Origin: Planctomycetota bacterium | Lineage (GTDB): Bacteria > Planctomycetota > MHYJ01 > JACPRB01 | Assembly (NCBI GenBank): GCA_036383955.1 | Contig: DASVNH010000241.1 | Coordinates: 24,261-88,260 of the forward strand | DNA: 64,000 nucleotides | Direction: 5' to 3' | Notes under the pieces: model-generated | Seen by the model: only the letters and a program-made list of their open reading frames with translations | Database searches by the model: none | What the model was told of the DNA's origin: nothing | Shown: in pieces, positions 33,952 through 41,832 of the stretch | How positions within the stretch are numbered: position 1 is the stretch's first letter | Layout: every line of letters starts with the position of its first letter | Translations under genes and position numbers: made by a program

Positions 33952-34503
33952 ATGGCAGACGACTTCTTCCGCCTCCCGGCCGGCCTGCCCGTCCCCGTCC
34001 AGGACGGCGCCTGCGATCATCTGCCCGGGAAATCCCTGCCGCGGCTGTCGCTCCCCTCGACGTCCGGCGGACGCGTGGAGCTCGACGCCCCCGGCCGCGC
34101 GATCTACTTCGTCTATCCGCGGACCGGAGTGCCCGGCCAGCCGACGCCCGAGGGCTGGAACGACATCCCCGGCGCGCGCGGCTGAACGCCCCAGTGCGCG
34201 GGCTTCGGGACCGAAGCCTCCAGATTCGCGCGCCTGGGCTGGACGATCTACGGCCTGAGCTCCCAGGAGACGGCCGTCCAGAAGGAGGTCGTCGACCGCC
34301 TCGGCCTCCCCTACGAGATCCTCTCCGACCGCGAGTTCGCGCTGGCCGACGCGCTCGCGCTGCCGACTTTCGTCTTCCAGGGGGTGAAGCTGCACACGCG
34401 GCTTGTCCTCGCGGTGGAGGCGGGTCGGATCGTGAAGGTCTTCTATCCCGTCTTTCCGCCCGACCGGAGCGCCGCGGACGTCCTCGCCTGGCTGGAGCGC
34501 TAG
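33952..34503 (+). CDS. Candidate selenocysteine-containing peroxiredoxin (AhpC/TSA-redoxin family), UGA at the peroxidatic position
   Basis: The tail of track ORF 32296..34185 (MADDFFRLPAGLP...IYFVYPRTGVPG...WNDIPGARG) stops at TGA 34183-34185. The same frame continues without a stop for 105 codons to TAG 34501-34503 (TPQCAGFGTEASRFARLGWTIYGLSSQETAVQKEVVDRLGLPYEILSD...). This reconstitutes the G-[C/U]-TPQ-C active site and the rest of the redoxin fold. Confidence 0.75.
34183..34218 (+). promoter_or_regulatory. In-frame UGA plus SECIS-like stem-loop
   Basis: UGA 34183-34185, then 15 nt, then GGCUUCG-GGAC-CGAAGCC (34201..34218): 7 perfect bp with a G-rich tetraloop about 25 nt from the UGA. 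GCGCG (34196..34200) could pair with CGCGC (34227..34231) as a lower stem. Confidence 0.6.
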
Positions 34504-35525
34504 CGGAACAGGGCGGCGGGCGGGATCTTCTGCCGCGGCAGCTCGGGGCCTTCCCAGTAGACCTCGAGCACCGTGTTCCCGCCCTCCTGGAAATACGTCA
34601 GCGCGATCGCGTGCTTGCCGGGCTTCAGCGCGATCTGGCCGGCCATCTCGACGGCCCCATGGTGGTGGTCGTTGTTCACCACCTCCAGGTTGCCGATGTA
34701 GAGCTTCGAGCCGTCGTTCGACAGCGTCCGGAACGTGTAGACGCCCTCCCGCGGGACGTCGAGATACCCGCTGAACCGCAGCCCGAAGTGCGTCTCGCGC
34801 CCGCGGTGGACGTTGGAAAACTCGGCCGTCGCGCCGCTCTTGACGGGCTTGAGGGCCTTGAAGTCGGGGAGCGACGTCCATTGCCCTTCGTAGTAGTCGA
34901 AGGCGAGGCCGGCGGACGTCGACGCCGGATTCTCCGGCGCTCGGGGCTTCAGGGCGCCGCGGGCGAACGGCGCGGGGAGGGCGGCTTCGTCGGCGACGGC
35001 CTCCAGCGGCGCGGGGAGGGCCTTGAGCGTGGCGGCGTCCATCGGGGGGATCTTGGCGTTCGGCTCGGGCGCCTTGGCCTTGCCGGCGAGGACGCGGCCC
35101 ACGAGGTCGGCGAGCTCGGGCGCGGGGCCGACGAACGTCCGGTTCATGCGGATCTCGATGTGGGTGAACGTCCACCAGGCCTTCTCGGGCGGCGCGCCGG
35201 CGTCGCCGTAGAGCTGGAAGAAGAAGCGGTTGAGGTAGACCTCGGCCTGGCGGCCCGCGTTGTAGAAGATCAGCGCGGGGGCGCCCACGACGAGATGCTT
35301 GCGGATGGCGTCGGGGTGAAAGGCCTGGCCGCCGCTGAAGTTCATGCGGATGACCGCGTAGGCGCAGGAGCCCTTCAGCGAGCGCGTCACCTTCATGAAG
35401 GCGACGTGGTTCGTGGCGTCGACCTTGTCGATCACGCCCTCGGCGATCACCTCGGACTCGTTGAGGACCTGCTGAAGGGGATAGATCGCCTCGACGTAAG
35501 GCAGGCAGAACAGCAGCAGGGCCAC
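34500..35525 (-). CDS. PA14-domain protein with N-terminal signal anchor
   Basis: GTG 35525 lies 7 nt after GGAGG. N-terminus (V)ALLLFCLPYVEA. C-terminal PA14-type domain (GLAFDYYEGQW...GLRFSGYLDVPREGVYTFRTLSNDGSKLYIGN...LTYFQEGG..LEVYWEGP). The upstream part of track ORF 34500..35846 was discarded. Confidence 0.7.
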   Translation of the reverse strand: MALLLFCLPYVEAIYPLQQVLNESEVIAEGVIDKVDATNHVAFMKVTRSLKGSCAYAVIRMNFSGGQAFHPDAIRKHLVVGAPALIFYNAGRQAEVYLNRFFFQLYGDAGAPPEKAWWTFTHIEIRMNRTFVGPAPELADLVGRVLAGKAKAPEPNAKIPPMDAATLKALPAPLEAVADEAALPAPFARGALKPRAPENPASTSAGLAFDYYEGQWTSLPDFKALKPVKSGATAEFSNVHRGRETHFGLRFSGYLDVPREGVYTFRTLSNDGSKLYIGNLEVVNNDHHHGAVEMAGQIALKPGKHAIALTYFQEGGNTVLEVYWEGPELPRQKIPPAALFR

Positions 35526-35536
35526 GGCGTCGCCTC

Positions 35537-36151
35537 CTACCGGACCGCTTCGAAGATGACCTTCACGGGCGTGCCTTCCTTGGGCAGCAGCTCCTTGTTC
35601 GCCTTGTAGCGGTTGCCGTCGGCGGAGGCCGTCGGGTTCGTCGCCAGCACCGTCGGGTCCGAGTGGTGCAGCGCGACCAGGTTCTTGGCGACCAGCACCA
35701 GGAGGTCCTGGCGCTCGAGGTCGGGGATGAAGCCCTTCTTCGACCCCGTGAAGATCCAGTCCGCGGCCCCCATCGGCTTGCCCGTCGTGGTGTCGAGCAC
35801 GAACGCGCCGATCGGCTCCTTGCGGGCCTTGTCGCCGTCCTTCCACTCCACGAAGATCCGCAGCTTGCCGCCCTCGGGAGGGAGCTTCTTCTCGTCCTCC
35901 TCGCGCGCGGGCCTGCCGGGCGCGGCGCCCAGCTTCTTCAGGCCCTCGTAGAGGGCCATCGGATCGACGGCCGACTCGAACACGCTCTCGTAGGCCTTGC
36001 CGCCCTTGTTGACCAGGACGTACTCGATCGCGCCCTTGAGCTGGGCGTAGACCTCCGGCTTGAGCGTCACCGCGCCGAACGACACCGTCGTGCCGTCGAC
36101 CGCCGGCTTTTCCAGCGCCTGCAGAGCCAGTCCCAGCAGAACCGCGATCAT
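35537..36151 (-). CDS. Hypothetical exported protein (possibly YdjY-like; weak recollection)
   Basis: Short signal MIAVLLGLALQALE. 204 aa. Codon usage and reading frame are consistent with its neighbours. No motif I can name with confidence. Confidence 0.6.
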   Translation of the reverse strand: MIAVLLGLALQALEKPAVDGTTVSFGAVTLKPEVYAQLKGAIEYVLVNKGGKAYESVFESAVDPMALYEGLKKLGAAPGRPAREEDEKKLPPEGGKLRIFVEWKDGDKARKEPIGAFVLDTTTGKPMGAADWIFTGSKKGFIPDLERQDLLVLVAKNLVALHHSDPTVLATNPTASADGNRYKANKELLPKEGTPVKVIFEAVR

Positions 36152-36229
36152 GCCTTGCCCTCGCGACGAGCGACCTTCACGCCCCCCTCCGGGAAATCTG
36201 TGCCTCGGGAAGGGGCACCGTTACCGGGG

Positions 36230-37255
36230 CTATTTCAGGCCCTCGAGGAGCTTCTTCGCTTCCTGGGCGGCCTTCGCCTTCGGGTAGTCCTTGAGAACGG
36301 ACTCCAAGGTTGCGCGGGCTTTGGCCTCCCGGCCCTGTCTGATCTGTTCGCGCGCGATCTTGATCTGGGCCTCGATGAAGAGGCGGTCGACTTCGTCGTC
36401 CGTCAGATCGTTGAGGTCGCCACCGACTCCCGGCACGATGCCCGTCGCTTTGACCTCCGCCAGCTCCGCCTTCCAAGCCGCCAGCCGCTCCGCGTCGACC
36501 TTCGCGTCGGTCCAGACGACGCGCAATTCCGAAGCGGCCGTGATCTCCTTCGCGCGCCGCGCCTCGTCGCTCTCCGGGTCCCCCAGGTAGCGGTTCATGA
36601 GCTCGTTGTCGACCGCGACGGCGGCCGCGGATCCCTCTTTGGACGTGAAGCCCCACGTGTCGGTGACGGAGCCCGGAACGACGACGCGCACGGTGATCCG
36701 CATGCCCTGGGTTTCGGCCGCGAAACGGGCCCGCTCGACTCTCAACCTCTCGATGGCGTCGGGTCCGAGGATCCGAAGGTATTTCGCTTCGACGTCCCGA
36801 AAGGGATTGTTCAAGGTCAGGGAGTTGGACGTCGCGCGCAGATAGTACTTCTGGTCGAAAAAGCCCTCTTTGGACCCGGGGATGCGGACCTTATTGGCGT
36901 CGTCGAAATAACCGATCGCGGAGCCGCGTTCCCAGGCGCCGTCATCGGTGACGGGGCCGGGCTTCAGGGCCACGATGCCTTCGGCTTTGTGGAAGAACAA
37001 TCCGACCTCCGGCAGGCCCGAGGCGGGCGGGGTTCTCCCCGCCGCCCGCGCTTTCTGGTCCAAGACCGCGCGGTACGCCTTGCTGGAGGCCATGCGGAGC
37101 TCGATCTTGCCGCTTCCGTCGGGGAAGAGCGTGACGATCTCTTCGATCTGGAGGCAGCCGCCGAGGCCGGACGCGAGGAGCAGGGCCGCGCCGCGCATGA
37201 GGAACCTCCGGGAAAATCCTGGTCTCCGGACGTGTTGACGAAAGGACCGCGTCAT
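36230..37255 (-). CDS. Tat-signal lipoprotein with C-terminal helical (TPR-like) tail
   Basis: MTRSFRQHVRRPGFSRRFLMRGAALLLASGLGGC combines a twin-arginine motif (SRRFLM) with a lipobox. ATG 37255 overlaps the upstream stop (ATGA). An alternative start is Met at 37198. Confidence 0.65.
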   Translation of the reverse strand: MTRSFRQHVRRPGFSRRFLMRGAALLLASGLGGCLQIEEIVTLFPDGSGKIELRMASSKAYRAVLDQKARAAGRTPPASGLPEVGLFFHKAEGIVALKPGPVTDDGAWERGSAIGYFDDANKVRIPGSKEGFFDQKYYLRATSNSLTLNNPFRDVEAKYLRILGPDAIERLRVERARFAAETQGMRITVRVVVPGSVTDTWGFTSKEGSAAAVAVDNELMNRYLGDPESDEARRAKEITAASELRVVWTDAKVDAERLAAWKAELAEVKATGIVPGVGGDLNDLTDDEVDRLFIEAQIKIAREQIRQGREAKARATLESVLKDYPKAKAAQEAKKLLEGLK

Positions 37256-38346
37256 TTCGACAACACTTCGAGGACCGGCCGGCCGTCGATGCCCTCGGGG
37301 TAGCCGAGGCCGATGAAGGCGAGGGCGGTGGGCGCCGTGTCGTAGGTGCGGACGATCCGGTCGATCTTGAGCCCCGCCGGCACGCCCGGGCCCACGCAGA
37401 TCCAGGGGATGGTCACGTTCTCGACCTTGTTCGGCTCGAAGATCCGGTAGTGCCCCTTGCCGCTCCCGCCGTGGTCCGCGGTGACGATGACCGCCGTGGT
37501 CTCCGCCTGGCCGCTGTCGCGGATCGCGTCGAGGATGCGCCCGACCGCCCGGTCCGCCTTGCGGACGGCGTCGAGGTAATCCAGGCCCATCCAGCCTTTG
37601 CCGTGCCCGGCGCCGTCCGCTTCGCGGACATGCACGAACGTCATCGCCCAGCCCCCCTGGGGCCATTCCTTCTCGAAGGCGCGGCCGATGTTTTCCGCCG
37701 ACGTCCGATGCTCCGGGGCCTTCGCGGGCGCCGGCGTTCCCGGAGGCGGCGCCTCCGGATCCGGCAAGGCCTTCTGACCCGCCGCGATCCTCTTGTCGTT
37801 CTCGTCGTAGAACCGCTGCCGCCGCTCGACCCACTCAATATCGTTGTAGTCTTCCAGCTTCGGGACCTTGCCGGGGATCACGTTGCCCCAGATCCACGTC
37901 ACCGCCTGGGGATGGGCGAGGTAGTGGAACTTGTCCTTCGAGAAGAACATCGCGGTCGACATCCCCGCCTGCGCCGTCACCGAGAAGACCGACGGATGCC
38001 CGAAATGGCCGGGCCGGTAGTTGTTCCACGACACTCCGTGCCGCCGGTAGTCGAGCCCCGACAGCATCGCCGTGTGGCTCGGCAGCGTGATGGACGGCCG
38101 GATCGTCTCCGCCTTCTCGCAGTAGGCTCCGCGGCGGATCATCCCCAGCAGCGCGGGCGCCGGCGCCGCCTCGATCGCGTCGGGGCGGAGGCCGTCGATC
38201 GAAATCACCACCACCCGCTTCGCCTTCGCGGCGGCCGGCCGGGCCGTGAGCGCCGGCGGGGTCAGCTCGGGAGTGACGCCGGTCTCGGGCGTGAGCTCGC
38301 AGGCTGCGAGCGCGAGGAAAACGAGCGCGAAGAGTCGGCGCATCAT
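37252..38346 (-). CDS. Type I phosphodiesterase/nucleotide pyrophosphatase (ENPP/alkaline-phosphatase superfamily) lipoprotein
   Basis: Lipobox FLALAAC. Motifs VVISIDGLRPD, PSITLPSHTAMLSG, HVREADGAGHGKGW, VTADHGG. Confidence 0.8.
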   Translation of the reverse strand: MMRRLFALVFLALAACELTPETGVTPELTPPALTARPAAAKAKRVVVISIDGLRPDAIEAAPAPALLGMIRRGAYCEKAETIRPSITLPSHTAMLSGLDYRRHGVSWNNYRPGHFGHPSVFSVTAQAGMSTAMFFSKDKFHYLAHPQAVTWIWGNVIPGKVPKLEDYNDIEWVERRQRFYDENDKRIAAGQKALPDPEAPPPGTPAPAKAPEHRTSAENIGRAFEKEWPQGGWAMTFVHVREADGAGHGKGWMGLDYLDAVRKADRAVGRILDAIRDSGQAETTAVIVTADHGGSGKGHYRIFEPNKVENVTIPWICVGPGVPAGLKIDRIVRTYDTAPTALAFIGLGYPEGIDGRPVLEVLSK

Positions 38347-38364
38347 GCGGGGAATGATAGCAGA

Positions 38365-39156
38365 CTATTGAACTTTCATCACGCGACGGAGGAGCAGCGC
38401 GACGACCATGGCGGCGACCAGGTAGAGGCCGCCCCACTGCAGCCAGAGGTTCCACCAGGCCGAGGGCACGCTGTCGGCCAGCTTGAGCTCGACGGCCTGC
38501 AGGCGGTCCTGCCGCGGGGACGCCGCGCCGAAGACCGTCACGAGGTCGGGCGGCCGCGAGCCGGGCACGCGGACCTCGTAGGTCCGCCCTCCGTGCCGGA
38601 TCCGCAGCGTCCGCTCCCCCCCGCCCAGGGCCTTCACCGTCCACGCCGCCTGCTTGCCGAGGGCGCCGTCGGGGACCGCCGCCGCGGCGATCGCGGGCCC
38701 TTCGACGGCGAAGCCGTCGCCCGGCACCACGTGCGCCCAGCCTTCCGCGGCGTCCTCGAAGTGCGCCACCACCTTCAGCGGCTCGTTCGGCCGCGGCGGC
38801 AGGTAGGCGAGCCGCGCGCCCGCCCAGAGCCCCACGACGCCGATGATCGGCACCGTCCAGAGCGCGGGCTTCAGCGCGGCCCACATGTACTTGCCGCCGA
38901 TCCGGCCGGACAGGCCCTGCAGGCGCCGCGCGCCCTCGGGATCCCTCTTCGCGGCCTTCATCCGCGCCTTGAGGATCTTCAGGTCCGCCTTGCAGCGCCC
39001 CAGGAGATCCTGGTCGCTCGCGTACTTCTGGAAGAGGATCACCGCCAGGCCCGACAGCACGCCGACGATCGTCAGCGCCCCCGTCGCGCCGAAGAACGCG
39101 GTCCATCCGAACAGGAGGTCGCAGCCGGCGTACAGGACGTCGAGGACCGCCGTCAT
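38365..39156 (-). CDS. Hypothetical membrane protein
   Basis: Hydrophobic helices flank an amphipathic basic segment (KADLKILKARMKAAKRDPEGARRLQ) and a soluble insert. The start overlaps the upstream stop (ATGA). Confidence 0.6.
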   Translation of the reverse strand: MTAVLDVLYAGCDLLFGWTAFFGATGALTIVGVLSGLAVILFQKYASDQDLLGRCKADLKILKARMKAAKRDPEGARRLQGLSGRIGGKYMWAALKPALWTVPIIGVVGLWAGARLAYLPPRPNEPLKVVAHFEDAAEGWAHVVPGDGFAVEGPAIAAAAVPDGALGKQAAWTVKALGGGERTLRIRHGGRTYEVRVPGSRPPDLVTVFGAASPRQDRLQAVELKLADSVPSAWWNLWLQWGGLYLVAAMVVALLLRRVMKVQ

Positions 39157-41816
39157 TTCCTCACCAGCTCCACGCGGCCCTTGCCGCCGTCGACCTTCAC
39201 CGAGGCGCCGTCCGCGAGCAGCTTGGTCGCGTCGCGCAGCACGACGGCGGGGATGCCGAAGTCGCGCGCGACGATCGCCCCGTGCGAGAGCATGCCGCCG
39301 CGCTCGACCACGAGGCCGGCCGCGTTGATGAAGAGCGGCGTCCAGGCGGGGTCGGTCGTCGGACAGACCAGCACGTAACCGGCGCCCAGGTCGCCGGCGT
39401 CGGCGGGGCTCATGAGGATCCGCGCCGGGCCGGTGCCCGTGCCCGTCGCCACGCCGAGGCCGGTCCAGACGCCGTCGGACGACGCGGGCGCGGCCTCCTC
39501 GCGGCCGAGCGCCTCGGCGTCGGCGGCGCGCAGGACGTCGGGCGCCGCGATCTTCTGGAACGCCTGCCAGCGGAGGCGGCGCTCCTTGATCGTCGCGCGC
39601 AAGACCTCCTTCTCGGCGCCCCAGCGGTCGAGCTCCCCGCGCTTCAGGTAATAGATGTCCTTGCCGAGGTCCCAGCGCTCGGCGAGCTCCTGGACCGCCT
39701 CACGCACGAGCGTGAGCCCGAGGATGAACCAGTGCTTGCAGGTCTCGCGCCAGGGCATGTGGCGCTGGGCGCCCGCGAGGTCGGCGCGGATCTCCTCGCG
39801 CAGCGACGCGGCGCCCGCCTGGGCGAGGAGGACGTCGAGCGCCGCCTCCGCCGCCTCGCGCTCCTTCCGCTTGCGCTCGTGCAGCTCCGCGGGCGAGACG
39901 CCCGCCACGCGCCGGTACTGCTCGACGCGCTGCCGCACGTAGCCGGCGTCCTCGCTCCAGCGCGCCTCGGCCAGCTCGAACTCGGCGACGCCCCGGTGCC
40001 CGAACTCCTTCAGGTAGGCCTCGAGCGCGACCTCCCCCGTCGACACCTTCCAGAGCAGGATGTTCGATTCGACCGTCTTGTCCCCTTCGAGCCCCGTCAG
40101 CAGCCGCGCCGCGAGCGCCCGGCCGTCCTGCTCGCCCAGCGCCTGCTCCAGCGTCGACGTCAGCCGCCCGTGGTAATAGCCCGCCAGGAAGCCGGGCTTG
40201 AGCAGCTCGCCGCCGTAGTCGACCAGCGCCAGCGTCGCCCGCGCGTCGAGCTCCGCCAGCACCTGGGCGTCCGACATCCCGTCGAGCTTGCGCGCGCGCG
40301 CGTCGTCGACGGCCTTCCGGAACGCCGGCAGCGTCTTCGCCTTCAGGTCGTCGAGGCACGACGCCTTGAGCCGCTTGAGGACGCGGCCCGCGCGGACCAT
40401 GCGGCCGATGTGGAGGGGCAGCTTGAAGAGGAAGCCCAGGCCGGCCTTCTCGATGTTGAACTTCGTCGGCCGTCCGAGCAGGGCCTCCGTGCTCTTGCCG
40501 TTCGCGACGTCGTACTCCATGGGAAAGTCGTCGAAGAAGAGCTCCGCGGAGCGCTCGAGGTCGGCGTAGATCCGCCCGGCGATGAGCTCGAGGAAGCCGT
40601 CGCGCGCGACCCGCTCGGACGGCGTGAAGCCGAGCTCGCGGTAGAAGCGGACGAAGCCCTCCGTCATGAAGCGCCGGCCCACCAGGTCCCAGGTGAGCGG
40701 CGTGGGCGCCGGCAGCGTCTCGGCCAGGTTGTGGATCGCCCAGGTCGCGCCCGGGCGCTTTTTCGACATCGTGTGGATCCGGTCGATCTCCTCCTTGCGG
40801 AGGTTGGGGACCGCGCGGGCGACGTCCAGCCCGCGCACGGCCCGGCTCTGGAGGAGCACGAGGGCGCCGTCGGCGATGGCCCACTCGACGTCCACCGGCG
40901 TCCCGAAGTAGGCCTCGACGCGCAGGCCGAGGTCGATGACCTGGAGCGCCTGCTCGTCGCTCAGGCACGCGCGCTCGCCCGTCCCGACGCGGCGGTCGCG
41001 GATGGAGCGCGTGGCGCGGTCGACCGTGAAGGTGTCGGGTTCGACGTGCCCGCGGACGATGGCCTCGCCGAGGCCCGTGGAGGCCTCGAGGATGATCCGT
41101 CCCTCGTCGGGCCGGTTCGGGTCCTCGGTGAACAGGATGCCCGAGCGCTGGGAGGGGAACATCGCCATGACGGTCACCGCGGTGCCGTCGAGCCCGCGCA
41201 CGTTGTTGCGCTGGCGGTACTTGATGGCCCGCTCGTTGTTCCAGGACTCGAAGACGGCGGCGACGGCCTCCTTGAGCATCGTCCAGGGGTCGGTGGGGAA
41301 GGCCTGGCCCGTCGCCTTCCGGTAGGCCTCGAAGGCGTCGCCGGTCCCGTCGAAGACGTTCTCGTCGAGCCCGCGCACGGTCTCGCCGAAGGAGCGGACG
41401 AAGTCGCGCAGGTCCTCCCGGAACCGGGCGGGGTCGGGGAAGCAGGATTCCAGGCCGGGGTGGAGGCCGGTGTTGAGGACCGTGTCCATCATGCCGGGCA
41501 TGCTGGCGGCGGCGCCGCTGCGCACGGCCACGAGCAGCGGGTTCGGCGCGGCCCCGAGGCGGCGGCCGGTGCGCGCCTCCAGCCAGTCCATCGCCTGCCG
41601 CAGCTCCTCTTCGAGCCCGGCGGGCCAGCTCCGTCCGCCCTCGTGGTACGCCTTGCACACGCGGGTGGAGATCGTGAACCCCGGCGGCACCGGCAGCGCC
41701 GCCTTGCTCATCGCCGCGAGGCTGTGCCCCTTGCCCCCCAGGATCTCCTTTGGCGCCGGGTCGCCGGGCAGACCCGGATAGAAGAAGTGGATCATCGACA
41801 GCGCGGGCGGCGTCAT
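39153..41816 (-). CDS. PEP-synthase-like phosphotransferase with rifampicin-phosphotransferase-type architecture (N-terminal ATP-grasp/PPDK_N, C-terminal swivel His domain, no TIM-barrel domain)
   Basis: N-terminus LGGKGHSLAAMSKAALPVPPGFTIST. C-terminus VCPTTDPAWTPLFINAAGLVVERGGMLSHGAIVARDFGIPAVV. The start is taken at Met 41816 (alternative 41795), because the first 33 codons of track ORF 39153..41915 read through a palindromic repeat. Confidence 0.8.
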   Translation of the reverse strand: MTPPALSMIHFFYPGLPGDPAPKEILGGKGHSLAAMSKAALPVPPGFTISTRVCKAYHEGGRSWPAGLEEELRQAMDWLEARTGRRLGAAPNPLLVAVRSGAAASMPGMMDTVLNTGLHPGLESCFPDPARFREDLRDFVRSFGETVRGLDENVFDGTGDAFEAYRKATGQAFPTDPWTMLKEAVAAVFESWNNERAIKYRQRNNVRGLDGTAVTVMAMFPSQRSGILFTEDPNRPDEGRIILEASTGLGEAIVRGHVEPDTFTVDRATRSIRDRRVGTGERACLSDEQALQVIDLGLRVEAYFGTPVDVEWAIADGALVLLQSRAVRGLDVARAVPNLRKEEIDRIHTMSKKRPGATWAIHNLAETLPAPTPLTWDLVGRRFMTEGFVRFYRELGFTPSERVARDGFLELIAGRIYADLERSAELFFDDFPMEYDVANGKSTEALLGRPTKFNIEKAGLGFLFKLPLHIGRMVRAGRVLKRLKASCLDDLKAKTLPAFRKAVDDARARKLDGMSDAQVLAELDARATLALVDYGGELLKPGFLAGYYHGRLTSTLEQALGEQDGRALAARLLTGLEGDKTVESNILLWKVSTGEVALEAYLKEFGHRGVAEFELAEARWSEDAGYVRQRVEQYRRVAGVSPAELHERKRKEREAAEAALDVLLAQAGAASLREEIRADLAGAQRHMPWRETCKHWFILGLTLVREAVQELAERWDLGKDIYYLKRGELDRWGAEKEVLRATIKERRLRWQAFQKIAAPDVLRAADAEALGREEAAPASSDGVWTGLGVATGTGTGPARILMSPADAGDLGAGYVLVCPTTDPAWTPLFINAAGLVVERGGMLSHGAIVARDFGIPAVVLRDATKLLADGASVKVDGGKGRVELVRK

Positions 41817-41832
41817 CGTCCGCACCGAATTG

